A DNA stretch of 64,000 nucleotides from Octopus vulgaris. Taxonomy: Eukaryota. The notes below the pieces were generated by a model. The model saw only the letters and a list, made by a program, of their open reading frames with translations, did not search any database and was not told the origin of the DNA. Where the stretch lies: contig OX597843.1 in assembly GCA_951406725.2 (NCBI GenBank), positions 6,820,001-6,884,000 of the forward strand. Direction: 5' to 3'. Positions 39,605 to 53,842 of this stretch are shown here, one piece after another. The number at the start of each line of letters is the position of its first letter. Positions within the stretch are counted from its first letter, which is position 1. The position numbers were made by a program, and so were the translations under genes.

Positions 39605-39923
39605 TATATATACACACACACACACATATATATATATACAAACATATACACACACACACACACACCCATAAACGTATATGTATAGAAACGTACACACACA
39701 CACATATGTGCAAACATATATACACACACCCATAAACCTATATATATATATATACAAATATACACGCTCGCACTTATATATACAAGTATATATGCACACA
39801 AAAAAATACACATATATCCATGCACACACATGCACACATATGTACATGTACAATACACACATATATACAGTTACACACACACACACACACCTATATATAT
39901 ATATATACACGCACACACACACA

Positions 39924-40006
<83 letters not shown>

Positions 40007-40498
40007 GTACAAACATATACACACACAGCCAGAAACGTATATATATATATATATATATATCTACAAACATACACGCTTGCACTTATATATATATAAATAT
40101 ATATGCACACACAAAAATATATACATATAACCGCGCACGCACAATCACATTCATATAGACAATTACACACACACACACACACTCAGAAAAAAAAAACATA
40201 TAAACTCATATATAAAAAGATATACACATATATACGCGTAGACATACACTGACATGTACACGTATATACACACATACCCGCATACACACACACACACGTG
40301 TATACAAACATATACCCACGGAGACTTATAGAAGTTACGGCTTCCACCCGGCCTTTCTCACCCGGTCTTGTTATTGTGAGCAGTTAATCTGTTTTATACG
40401 GGTGGCGAATATACGGGTAGACGCTATGTGGGTGGGGAGACGAGGCAAGGGGTTGAGTTTTAATAAACCTCAAACTTGTTGCTTGTTTAAGGGTGGTT

Positions 40499-41400
40499 GT
40501 TGTTTAGCCCCAGGTCAGTCCTGATCCAGTAGACCTATGATCAAAGATGTTCCAGCTGTGACCATCCCGTCTTTGATTCAGGCATAGTGTATCTAGGACT
40601 ACATTATCTAATGTGTCCTTCCTTGCTTAGCCCCAGGTCAGTCCTGATCCAGTAGACCCATGATCGAAAATGTTCCAGCTGTGACCATCCCGTCTTTGAT
40701 TCAGGCAGAGTGTATCTAGGACTACATTATCTAATGTGTCCTTCCTTGCTTAGCCCCAGGTCAGTCCTGATCCAGTAGACCCATGATCGAAAATGTTCCA
40801 GCTGTGACCATCCCGTCTTTGATTCAGGCATAGTGTATCTAGGACTACATTATCTAATGTATCCTTCCTTGCTTAGCCCCAGGTCAGTCCTGATCCAGCA
40901 GACCTATGATCAAAGATGTTCCAGCTGTGACCATCCCATCTTTGATTCAGGCAGAGTGTATCTAGGACTACATTATCTAATGTGTCCTTCCTTGCTTAGC
41001 CCCAGGTCAGTCCTGATCCAGTAGACCCATGATCGAAAATGTTCCAGCTGTGACCATCCCGTCTTTGATTCAGGCATAGTGTATCTAGGACTACATTATC
41101 TAATGTGTCCTTCCTTGCTTAGCCCCAGGTCAGTCCTGATCCAGCAGACCTATGATCAAAGATGTTCCAGCTGTGACCATCCCGTCTTTGATTCAGGCAT
41201 AGTGTATCTAGGATTACATTATCCAATGTGTTGTTGTTATCATTTAGCCCCAGGTCAGTCCTGATCCAGTAGACCTATGATCAAAGATGTTCCAGCTGTG
41301 ACCATCCCGTCTTTGATTCAGGCATAGTGTATCTAGGACTATATTATCTAATGTGTCCTTCTTGTTGTTTAGCCCCAGGTCAGTCCTGATCCACCAGGCC
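40499..41400 (-). repeat. Tandem array of about 7.3 copies of a 123-125 bp unit
   Basis: AGCCCCAGGTCAGT at 40506, 40629, 40752, 40875, 40998, 41121, 41246 and 41371. Confidence 0.95.
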
Positions 41401-41650
41401 TAGGAGGGTCGGCTGGAAGGATCATAAGCCGACCAAGATACTCTCATGGAATGCGGCCAAATGAGTCTTATTTTTTCGGTATAGGTCCCCTTGCGGTCTA
41501 CACATTTCTTCCATCATTGCGGCAGTGCTTGGATCTCATCGGTGAAGAAGCTTTCGCTCTGTTGGTCAGAGAAATCATCATCAGCAGATATGACGCCATC
41601 ATCACTGCGAAACTGGTTCCCAGCCAAGGGTTCTTCTCATATTGAGGAAC
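41401..41650 (-). mobile_element. mariner transposon 3' end fragment
   Basis: Minus-strand translation resembles a mariner C-terminus (GNQFRSDD..ESFF..WKKCVDRKG); TA-GGAGGGTCGGCTG terminus. Confidence 0.65.
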
Positions 41651-41739
41651 GGGTGGAACAAAATCCCGTCGTAACTGTTGAGGAACCAACAGAGAAGCTT
41701 GGATTTGGTCGACCAGTCATTCAAGTCAGCGCTAGAAGG

Positions 41740-42144
41740 AAAACGACCATCTTTGTTCTTCCATCAGGATAATGCTCGGCCACATACAGCGAGGATGACA
41801 TTCTAAAGGGTGGAGCAGTTTGAATGGGAAACGATTCCCCCTCCACCATATTCGCTGGACATTGCCCCATCGGATTATCATTTATTCCGCAGTCTTCAAA
41901 ATCATTTGGACGGGGAAAAATATAAATTCTGTAGTCGAAGTTCGAACAGTACTGGAGGAATATTCTTCGTCACGGACAAATGAATTTTGGAAGAGGGGCC
42001 TTGCAAGTCTACCAGATAGATGGAAGAGCATTGTAAGAAATGTTGGAGAGTCTATTTTAGATTAAAAAAAGAATTTGGTTTATCTTAATTTCGAAAAATA
42101 AATGAAGTATTAAAAAACTGCATTATTTATGGAAGGACCCAATA
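41740..42144 (+). mobile_element. mariner transposase C-terminal fragment and TIR
   Basis: HQDNARPHTA..PYSLDIAPSDYHLFRSLQNHL..LPDRWKSIV; ends in TA. Confidence 0.85.
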
Positions 42145-43339
42145 CTCTCTACCTTTCCCTCTGAGAGCGAGAAAGTCTTTTGTTGCCAATAGAGGCAGCA
42201 GCTCTCTGAACTTTCTCCATCCTATTCGTATTCGAAAAACAATAGTTTCAAAGCACCCCCCTTCTTGCTAGTCTGGTCGCCTAGGTAACAGAAAGCATCT
42301 ACTACTGCAAGAGAACCTCCTGGACATTTGAGAGTGTCTAAGTCCTCTCTAAAAACGTTTCCTATAAACAAATTTAAAAGATATATACACAATGGGCTTC
42401 TTTCAGTTTCCATCTACTAATCCCCCCACAAGGCTTTGCTCACCCTGGGGCTATAATGTGTGTATGTATGTGTGTGTGTGCGTAATATATTTATAGGCGC
42501 ATACATACATACGATGAGCTTCTTTCAGTTTCCCTCTATGAATTCCATTCAAGGGTCTTGACCTGGAGCTATAGTACAAAATACCTGTCCAAAATACCAC
42601 GCTATAGGATTGAACTCAAAGCCCTATGGTTGGGATACACACTTCTTACCACAGTCAATAATCCTTAAATAATATTTTGGTCATTGAGAAAGAAAGAAAG
42701 AAATTTTTTCGAAGGATACATCCTAACTTGGTTGCGGATGGTTCTGTCACTTCTCTTGGGCAGAAGAAAGACAACTTCCCACCCCATATGGTTGATTACA
42801 ATGCACGTATTATGTTATAACGGGAGATATAGTTGAACCGGTAGATTTCAGTCTTAAATTTCCAATCTTGGAAATTCCTGCAATTTTTCAAAGCATGCTA
42901 TTTCTCCAGAACGAAAATTCTCCAAAAGAAATCGCTGCCAGTCACGACAGAAGGATAAATTTTAGATTGTCTGTTCAATATAACTTGTAATTGTCTCAGA
43001 ATCTGGAACGTTTACCATGTGGTTGTTGTTCGTGTTGCAGAGGAGCAGACATTTACCCATCTTCAGCTGTATGTTCTTGGTGTATTGGCAGTATTTGTCT
43101 GGATGCAATAATGAAGTTATTTCTACTTTGAAGGAAGTAATACACGATATTATATATACCATAGATATCTACATATCTGTGAACACACAGATACACACCA
43201 ACGAAGAAACTCGAACCATGTAATTCCAGCCAATTTACCCAGACAACAAAACCAGTCCCCTAAGCAATTAATAACACTGACAATTTCTAGTTACAGCAAA
43301 TATTTTTTAGACTGAGTGGAGAGAAACAGGGACACACGT

Positions 43340-43630
43340 TGGAACAGACGCAGAAGAAACCCAGAGTAATAAATTTATCAATGAAAACCATCTCTGCAAC
43401 GAAAATCAATACACCTACGAAGGGATTAAAATTTACCTCAACACCACAAAGATCGAACCAGGATGAAATTAAAAACAATATTTTGGAATTCTGCAGGAAA
43501 CCACGACTTACAGAAGCCCGAACTGACCACAAGACACGAGGATGAATCACGGGTCAAAAACAGATGCAATTATCTTCCACCTTAAAGGTAGGAATAAAAG
43601 ACTGGATTACTTCTGCGACAATATCCAAAA
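43340..43630 (+). pseudogene. Penelope-like element N-terminal fragment
   Basis: VINLS..KGLKFTSTP..EFCRKPRL motif typical of PLE N-termini. Confidence 0.55.
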
Positions 43631-43929
43631 TTCCCTAAATACTTTCCATAGGCACAGGAATGGCTGTGTGGTAAGAAGCTTGCTTACCAACCACATGGTT
43701 CCGGGTTCAGTCCCACTGTGTGGCACCTTGGCCAAGTGTTTTCTATAGCCTCGGGGCGACCAAAGCCTTGTGAGTGGATTTGGTAGACGGAAACTGAAAG
43801 AAGCCCGTCGTATATATGTATATATATATGTATGTGCGTGTATATGTTTGTGTGTCTGTGTTTGTCCCCCAACTCCAATTGACAACCAATGCTGTCTGTC
43901 TGTCTGTCTCTGTCTGTCTATCCATCTAA

Positions 43930-44597
43930 TCTTGGTGGATTCTTCCTTTTCGCCTTCGGCCCAGTGCGTCTATGCTGCCAACAAAGCACGCGGAGTTCTG
44001 TTTTTGATTCGACGGTCATTCGGAATGTTCAGAGCAGCCATATTCCTACCGCTCTATGTCACGCTGGTGAGACCCATATTGGAGTACGGGATTCAAGCCT
44101 CTTCTCCTTATCTCCTCAAAGACATACAGCATTTCGAAAGAGTCCAGAAGCTGGCTACCCGCATGGTTCTTGGTCTCAAGCATTTGTCTTATGAAGAAAG
44201 GCTGAAGACGCTCGACCTTTATTCTCTAGAAAAACGACGACGCCGTGGTGATCTTATTCTTGCTCACAACATCATAAGCGGAAAGTGTAACCTCTCGAAA
44301 GAGCTGTTCTTCACTCCTGCTCCAGAGCGTCGGCTGCGGGGTCACTCCGAAAAGCCCTATCTGCGACGATTTCATCTCAATCGAAGGAGAGGAGCTTTCT
44401 CCGTCCGGGTTGCGGATCCGTGGAATAAGCTGCCAGACGAGATGGTGAAGATGCTGACGACCGCTCAGTTCAAAGTCTCCCTTGACCACAAGTGGCCTGA
44501 ACTCTCTGCATGAACACCACCCTGTACATAACTCCATGTCCCCCTACATGGCCTTGCTTTTTTGCTTTTTGAGCCAAAAAATTAACTTAACTTAACT
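43930..44597 (+). mobile_element. CR1-group LINE, 5'-truncated copy with open ORF2 C-terminus
   Basis: LVRPILEYG..ERVQKLATRMV..YEERL..RRRRGDLI..RGHS..WNKLP; TAAC-type tail. Confidence 0.9.
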
Positions 44598-44599
44598 AC

Positions 44600-44649
<50 letters not shown>

Positions 44650-44654
44650 GTCTA

Positions 44655-44721
<67 letters not shown>

Positions 44722-44799
44722 GCTTGTCTGTCTGTCTCTGTCATACATACATACACATGTGTGTATAAGTAGCACAATTTACACACACACGCCTACACG

Positions 44800-44851
<52 letters not shown>

Positions 44852-45544
44852 CACGCGCGCACACACACACTGCAGGTCAAAGAATGGCACCAAATGTCTG
44901 TCCCACATCCATTGTCAGATCTCTGGCAACTGTACTCAATGACCCCGGGGTGCTGCCGGACAAGACAATAAGTACGTCATGGTGACGGGAACAACCGGAA
45001 TACTGACGGAGCCGGGGGCGGGAGGGGGGCATTATCAACCTCATTATCATTATATGGGACTCTGCGTGTGTGTGTGTGTGTATAATAAATGTATATATAT
45101 ACACTGCATATGAATATGTAGGTGTGTATGTTGATATCAAGGTGTGTGTATACATACATACATACGTAATGTGTGTGTATATGGGTATACATATTTTATA
45201 TATATATGTGCGTACATACGCATAATGTATAGATTTGCGTATAATCTCGGCACTTTGTATGTGTATATATACATATATACACACATTAGTATATAACATA
45301 AAGAATATGTATTTACACTCACACACGTATTGCATACACACATATTTATGTTTTGAGGGGTTTACACACATGTATACACATACGCATACAGACACACACA
45401 TATATACATATATACATATATTATACACCCATTCACTCCCCTGTCCCTTGAGGGTGCCTGTGTGAACATGGCACGAGTCCGGTTGCCTTTGAGAATCAGG
45501 AAACTCTCTTGTAGGTTTACAAAGCGTGTTGATAACTATATATA

Positions 45545-45612
<68 letters not shown>

Positions 45613-45848
45613 TAGATAGATAGAGAGATATATAAATACACACACACACATACATATATAAGTATGTATATAGGCGTAGGAGTGGCTATGTGGTAAGTAG
45701 CTTGCTCACCAACCACGTGGCTCCAGGTTCAGTCCTACTGCGTGACACCTTGGGCAAGTGTCTTCTACTATGGCCTCAAGCCGACCAAAGCCTTGTGAGT
45801 GGATTTGTTAGACGGAAACTGAAAGAAGCCCATCATATATTTGTGTGT

Positions 45849-45884
<36 letters not shown>

Positions 45885-46141
45885 AGGCGCAATGGCCCAG
45901 TGGTTAGGGCAGTGGACTCGCGGTCGTAGGATCGCGGTTTTGATTCTCAGACCGGGCGTTGTGAGTGTTTACTGAGCGCAAACACCTAAAAAGCTCCACG
46001 AGTCTCCGGCATGGGGTGGTGATCCCTTCTGTACTCTTTCACCACTCTTTCTTCTGCTGGCCTGCTCGCTTAGCCAGCGAGTCATTCGAAGGCTAAAACA
46101 ATGCGAACACATTGTGACCAGCGATGTGTCGGTAACGTGAT

Positions 46142-46199
<58 letters not shown>

Positions 46200-46483
46200 G
46201 TACGTGTGTATGTGTGTGTATATATATGTGTATATATATATGTATGTGTATATATATGTGTGTGTGTGTGTATGTATATATATATGTATGTGTATATATA
46301 TATATATATATATACGTGTGTGTATATATTTATGTGTCTGTGTGTATATATATATATGCACACACACACACACACACACGCTTGCATATTCATATTTACT
46401 TCTCCTTTCAAAACCTTCGTTTTTATTTATTGGTCTCGTCATCTCAATATTTTTTATTAACGATGTTATGTTTTATTTCTCCG

Positions 46484-46545
46484 ATTTCGTCTGAAGAACG
46501 GAACCGTGAAACACTGCCATGGAAGTGACTACGTTGTCGAGAAAT
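46484..46545 (+). ncRNA. Putative type I hammerhead motif with long stem III loop
   Basis: ATTTCGT-CTGAAGA-ACG(GAAC)CGT-GAAACA...TGTC-GAGAAAT; core intact, one mismatch in stem I. Confidence 0.55.
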
Positions 46546-48512
46546 ACGTTATTCGTTGTATCCTTCCATCTTGTATCACACTCACATTTGTTGATGAACT
46601 GTTGATTAATTAACGAGTCAGTGCTCCTCTGTTTATTTGGTAGCCTGATGAGTTGGGAGTTACGTAACATATTATGCAATCTAATTGAAGTACGTTTATC
46701 TCGCAAAGACTCGTAACAAAACGATTGTAGCAAAACTAGGGAACCCATTCGTGTTGTTTATTTATTTATTTATTTATCATTATGATATACATACATCACC
46801 TGTGTGGCAGTGATGCTTGTTTATAGCCATCATATGATGTCTAGACAGGGGTACACACACACACGTGTAGGTATGTGTGTACGTGGATATCCTTGTGTGG
46901 ACATCACGTGATGCTTTAAACAAACACCGCCGTCATTCAACCAATGCAATGCGTTTGCCATCTTGCTTGGAAACACGTGAGGGTTAACGACAGCTAGGGT
47001 ATCCAGCCGTAGAAAATCTGCCTCAAATTCTGTCTGACTCTTGCAAGTATGGAAAAACTGGACGTTAAGTGATGATGAGGTGGATGAAAGCGATGTGTTC
47101 CGCGTGCTAATCAAAACCTACCTGTTAATATTCATTGTTTACAGCCTTCATTTTCGCATTCATCAATTGACCAATATTTTTGTCGCTCAGTTCACTTCCG
47201 CTGTTCTCTAAAGAGAAATCATAAACCAACAAATTCATTTTCATTACCTTTTACTATAACATAACTCAGAGACATCATATATATATTTTTTTATTGCTCT
47301 CCCTTTCGTAATATGTCTCTTTATCTTGAATAAGAGCTTATGCTCAAAACATTAATAGTTCTTTTACTTTTTTTACAACGTGGCATTATACATTGATTTT
47401 GCATTCATTTTAAAATTACTGATGTGTCAGCAGTGATTATTTTTCATGCTAAATTTTACCATGGAGTATACCCATAGATTTTAACCGTTTATAATGTTTA
47501 TAAATTAAATTTATAAATGAAATTGAAAATTAATCATAAATCTGTAAATGAGATTTATTACATGCATAAGATCACAAGACGGTCGCGGGCGGCTATCAAT
47601 TTATACATCCTCAAAGTGGACTGGAAGAGAGGGATCGACTTGACAGCCGTTTCAAGTATCTTTGTATTCTCCTTAGCAATTACGTTTTCTTCATTAACTG
47701 TCAGCGATTTTGCATAACCACGACCAGCGTTTACGACCGCCTTATGTATTTAACACATTTAATTCATACATAGACGGCTAAAATGTGTAGATTTACTCCA
47801 CATTAACGTTTAGTTGTTAAATTTTAGATATTTTAAAATCTGGATTTTGTTCATAAAAATCGATAATAAAATCTTTGGATTCTGGATCACTCCATTGTTA
47901 TCCTTCTGCCATATTTTGCTTCATTCGCTGGACTGCGGCCAAACTGGAGCATCACTTTCAAGCGTTTAGTCACACAAATCGAGCACAGTGCTTCGTTTAT
48001 AAGCCTGGTATTTTCTCAGTGGCTTTTGCCGAACCGTTAAGTTACGGGAGCGTAAACAAACCAACATCGATAGTCAAGCGGTGTGTGGGTATCAAACATA
48101 AAGATACATTTACCCACACAGCCTCTGTGTCACACACACACACACACACATTTATATACGACTGTCTTCCACTCAGTTTCCGTCTACCAAATTCACTCAA
48201 AAATCTTTTTGGTTGGCCTGGGGCTATAGTTAGCGAATACTTGACCAAGGGGCCACATGGTGGGACTGAACTTGAAACCACGTGGTTGCAAAGCGAACCT
48301 CTTGACCACAGCACCACGCCTTTTGTATTATATATATATATATATATATATGTTACAATCCAATTCTTATGTTGACTGTCAAATATTTTGTCCGACCCAC
48401 TTCGAGGTGAGGGTCATGGAAAATTAAAAAAACACAGTGTATATTTCTTTATTTTTGTGTGTATGTGGTGGAGGGGGATCGTTTTTGCGTGCTCCCTTCA
48501 CATTTGCCCCAG

Positions 48513-49978
48513 TTATCTGTGCATTTGACCGTTTCGGGCCCTTTCTTTGTTTTGTCCCTCGAGGATTTGCTCTTGCGCTGCTTCCATTTCAAATTGAACC
48601 CCGCTCTGGTGCCGCTGGTCGGGTGGTGTGTGAGGTGGCGTTTCGAGCGGATGGCTCTGTGCCGCCGCCGCCACGGCTGCCGCACCGCCTCCGCCGCCGC
48701 CGCACACGTTTCCGAAAGTCACGAGTTCGCTGTGATGGTGGTGGTGGTGGTGGTGATGCTGTTGGTGGTTGTGAGACATATGTGACGGGGGTTGTGAAGA
48801 CGGGAAGGGTGCCGGATGTGAAGACGGGTGGGGCGCCGACCGTGCCAGCGGCATTCCGCTGCCGAACAGTTCGTGCGGCGGCAGGTAGATTTGTAGGGCG
48901 CAGAACTGGTCCCTATTCACCGCGCTGTCGTAGTGTAAGATGCTGGGACGGGACCCCAAGGAATGTGACTCAACGACCCCTTCATTTTGGCCCAACAATT
49001 TAGGGTTACCCGTTGCACAATTAATACCACCACAGCTATTGTTGCTACTACTACTGCTGCTGCTGCTGCTGCTACTACTACTACTACTACTACTACTAAT
49101 AGCATTATTACTACTACTAATACTATTGAGACTACACATGTTGTTATTATTATTCTTGATTTGTGAGATTTTCGGAGGTGTGCTGTCCATAATATTTGAA
49201 ATCGACCAGATTTTCGGTTTGGTATTTTGCGGACCTTGTATTCGAACCGCCGCCGCCGTCGTCACCGCCGTTGTCATTGTCGTCGTCGTCGAGGAAGGCG
49301 CGGCTGGAAGCGGACCTCTCTCGGATTTCGACTGTGGTTTCTCTTTCGTCACGTCACGGCCGCACTGAGCGAAGAATTTCGCCGGGTCTGTTTTGGCCGA
49401 GCAGAAAACTCCGCGACCCGTTTTGTTGGCGCCGATCAGAGCAGTCGCGGCCGTTGCTGGAGTCGAACTCTGGTCCATGCTATTCGAATTTGATTCATCC
49501 TCGACTGATGGTTCAGTAATAGTTTTGCTGGTGTCGTCAATCTTGTTATAATTATCGCCATCGTCGCTGTCGATACCATCACGAACATCAGGCTCACCAT
49601 TATCATCAACTTTAACATGTTCGGCACCATTATTATTATTATTGTTATTATTATTATTGTCGTCATCATCATCATCACCATGAACATCAACATCACGTGC
49701 ATCATCATCGTCGTCGTCACATTCAATTTTCCTTGCAGACGATGAAACTGGAGACAGAAACGGGTTTCTTTCTGGATGCGGGTGGCAGGAACTGCTCAGG
49801 GCTGGGCCTGCTATATTGAGCAGGGACGAAATCGGGTGGTAACAAAGCCGTTTCGAAGAACTGTTAAAGTTTCCGTTTTCCTCCGGGTCATCCCGAACAT
49901 TCAGAACGACTTCCGGTCGGAACTGGTTGGGTGATTCGCCATCTTTTTCGTCCAAACCGGAAACGTCGAGTCTTTCTT
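48513..49978 (-). CDS. Irx: Irx large 3' coding exon with IRO box (KPKIWSISNIM), ETPPHTPP motif and poly-D/N/S/H tracts
   Basis: TTTTGCAG acceptor, phase 1 in frame with the 480-aa ORF; IRO box KPKIWS. Stop taken at 48513; a further 3' splice is not excluded. Confidence 0.9.
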
Positions 49979-50309
49979 CTGCAAAATACGGAAAAAAATC
50001 AGAAAAAATGTATTTTTAGAAGAGGAATTTAAAATAAATGGGATTAAATCACTTATAATTCGAAAACAACAACAACATTATAGTTATTCTTTCGACCATA
50101 GGTATAAGGCCTGAAATTTTGGGGGAGGGGCTACATTGATTACATCGACCGCAGTACTCCACTGGTACTTAATTTATCGAACCCGAAAGGATAAAAGGCA
50201 AAGTCGACCTTGGCGGAATTTTAACTTAGAACGTAATGACAGACGAAATACTGCTAAACATTTCGGCCAGCGTTCTAACGGTTCCGCCAGCTCGCCGCCT
50301 TAATAATAC

Positions 50310-50538
50310 TCTTTCTCTTTTTTTACTCTTTTACTTGTTTCAGTCATTTGACTGCGGCCATGCTGGAGCACCACCTTTAATCAAGCAACTCGACCCCGGG
50401 ACTTATTCTTTGTAAGCCCAGTACTTATTCTATCGGTCTCTTTTGCCGAACCACGAAGTAACGGGGACATAAACACACCAGCATCGGTTGTCAAGCAATG
50501 CTAGGGGTACAAACACAGACACACAAACACACAAACGC

Positions 50539-50569
<31 letters not shown>

Positions 50570-50735
50570 TACGACGGGCTTCTTTCAGTTTCCGTCTACC
50601 AAATCCACTCACAAGGCTTTGGTCAGCCCGAGGCTATAGTAGAAAACACTTGCCCAAGGTGCCACGCAGTGGGACTGAACTCGGAACCATGTGGCTGGTA
50701 AACAAGCTACTTACCACACAGCCACTCCTACGCCT
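50310..50735 (-). mobile_element. SINE family A, full length (Irx intron)
   Basis: Head, core and tail as at 2067. Confidence 0.85.
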
Positions 50736-50789
50736 ATAATAATAATAATAATGATAATAATAATAATAATAATTATAATAATAATAAAT

Positions 50790-51265
50790 GCCCTGATGCA
50801 GTCCCAGGCAGTGGCTCTCATGGCTTCTGATCTTAACTGATTGGAAGTGTTATCATATACATTGTTTTGTCTTGGTATAAAAGATGGGCTTGTATGCAAA
50901 CACGTAATCAGCAAAATCACATTCGATTGTCAAGGAAGCTTGCAAATTTCCAAGGGAACTTGGCTTTAACCCTGAGAAAGATGAAGAAGCTGAAACCTCT
51001 GCCACAAAACAAGCAAAATGGATCAAGCAATCTGCAAAATAGAACGGGCAGAAACAAATTGAGGAGCGCTGGAGCCAGAAGCCTCTGCATGGACAGTATA
51101 TACTTCGAAGTCGAAATGCTGATGTAGATCAATCAACAACCCATCAGTGGCTGAGAAGTTCAGGACTGAAAGCAGAGACTGAAGGTTTCATATTGGCAGC
51201 ACAAGACCAAAGCTTGCTCGCAGAAAACTATCAGACTAATATTCTTCAAAACGATTCTGACCCTT
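50790..51265 (+). pseudogene. R4/Dong-like non-LTR retrotransposon fragment beside (AAT)n
   Basis: WSQKPLHGQY..HQWLRSSGLKAETEGFILAAQDQSL..NY motif. Confidence 0.75.
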
Positions 51266-52682
51266 ATACATACTAATGACGCCCTGGAAAAATGGAAAAC
51301 TCTTTCACGTTTAGAACCTACGCTCTTCGACAGAAAGGAACGAGGAAAGAAACCAGAAGACGGAGAAAAAAATGTACCTGTGGTTATATTAGAATTGGAC
51401 TGTTGCTAAGAAGGAGCAACCACAAGGCACCGACTCATTTTAAAAGCGCAAAACCTACTTTCATGAGTTTTGACTGGTTTGGTGGTCAAGCTGTTAGCGT
51501 TGGTTATCACCAATAATTAGAGATCTCGGTTGAATTTGAACCCAGAGCGCAAACAGCCGGAACAGAGGCACCACCTTCTGTGTGTGTGTGTGTGTGTGTA
51601 GTCGTGAATGTATGCATATGTTCGTGTCAGTTAGCTATGTTTATATGCACACAACAAACGATGGCTTGCATAATCCATATTTATAAGTATAAATGTATAT
51701 ATATTCACACACACACACACACACACACACGATAACAGCTGATTACATGCGTAAACTGGTAGTTCTTTACAAGACATTCACAACGAGTAAAATACAAAAC
51801 AAAAAACCAGACAAAAACACTGGAAACACACACGCGTATATTATTGAACAGATGCGATGGAAAGGCTATTTAAAATGCCACCTACTTTTTTCGCGATCAA
51901 TGTAAACGAATATATCTCTATATAATAATATAATAATATATATTTATACATGTGTGTATGTACATATATACATATATTTATGTATGTATATATAAAAGAA
52001 AAGATTAAGTATGTATCCTTTTTATGAAAAGAAAAAAAAATTCAAACAAAGCAGACGATTGCCAAACAGCCATCTTTAATTGTCTCAGGCTTGCTCAATC
52101 TTTTGTATAAATTTTGTAGCATTTGGTGTTTTTTGGAAACATTTCCAACGGCAAGGTTATTACAACTATCCAGCTGTGTCATCAATATATATATTTATAA
52201 AAATATATATATATATATAACAAAAAAAGCTGGATAAGAATGGAATCAACAATTTGATGTCTTTTACTTAGAATAATAGACGAGCGATGCAGGTAAGGGA
52301 ATGGGTGGGGGGCGAATGACGACAGTGAAAGCGTTATTGCAAATGGCCGACTTTGCTAAACTCCATTCTCTCTTCTCTTTTTTGTCTTTTCTTTCTCAGG
52401 AAATCTCGCAGGTGTTATATGCATATATACATAGACATATATGTATATCTTTTTTTTTGCTCGTGGTTTTAACAATTGAAGGTCTGAATGAGAAGCTGGA
52501 CCTGCGGCTTTTGTTAATTTTATAAAGAACTTTTCATGTAAATGGATCACAATCGACAAAACACATCGATTTTAAATTTCTTCTCCGCCACCCCACACCC
52601 GCCTCGCCGGTCTTTTCTTTTCTTTCTCTATTTATCTATTTTCTTTTTAAAAAATCACTACTTCTTATGTCTCCGTATCTCG

Positions 52683-53045
<363 letters not shown>

Positions 53046-53159
53046 AATCCACGTTCGTACATACATAGGGAATTAGGATAAGAATAATAGCGATTACAAT
53101 TAATGAACACTGTAAAGAAAAGACAACAAATTGTATGGAACACACGTGTTTGATCATTC

Positions 53160-53201
<42 letters not shown>

Positions 53202-53352
53202 GAGAGAGAGCGAGAGAGTGAGAGAGAGAGAGAGAGAGAAAGTGAGAGAGCAACACACTCAGGCACACACACACACATTCACGTATGTGTGCGTAATATG
53301 GTGGTACATCTTCATGTTTTCAGTCTCACAGGTGCTAGCGGATAAATATTAC

Positions 53353-53405
<53 letters not shown>

Positions 53406-53408
<3 letters not shown>

Positions 53409-53643
53409 TTTTACTTTTTACCCTTTTACTTGTTTCAGTCATTTGACTGCGGCCATGCTGGAGCACCGCCTTTAATCGAGCAACTCGACCCCGTGACTTA
53501 TTCTTTTGTAAGCCCAGTACTTATTCTATCGGTCTCTTTTTGCCGAACCGCTAAGTAACGGGGACATAAACACACCAGCATCGGTTGTCAAGCAATGCTA
53601 GGGGGACAAACACAGACACACAAACACACACACACACACATAA

Positions 53644-53678
<35 letters not shown>

Positions 53679-53842
53679 CACGACAGGCTTCTTTCAGTTT
53701 CCGTCTACCAAATCCACTCACAAGGCTTTGGTCGGCCCGAGGCTATAGTAAAAGACACTTGCCCAAGGTGCCACACAGTGGGACTGAACCCGGAACCATG
53801 TGGTTGGGAAGCAAGCTACTTACCACACAGCCACTCCTGCGT
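53406..53842 (-). mobile_element. SINE family A, full length
   Basis: Head, core and tail as at 2067. Confidence 0.85.

Noticed and set aside
44876-44991. Possible plus-strand exon (CAG..GTACGT)
   Set aside because: No pyrimidine tract, no recognisable protein and no partner exons; kept only as a unique island.
48437-49519. Plus-strand ORFs overlapping the last Irx exon
   Set aside because: Antisense shadows of a GC-rich, repeat-rich coding exon.
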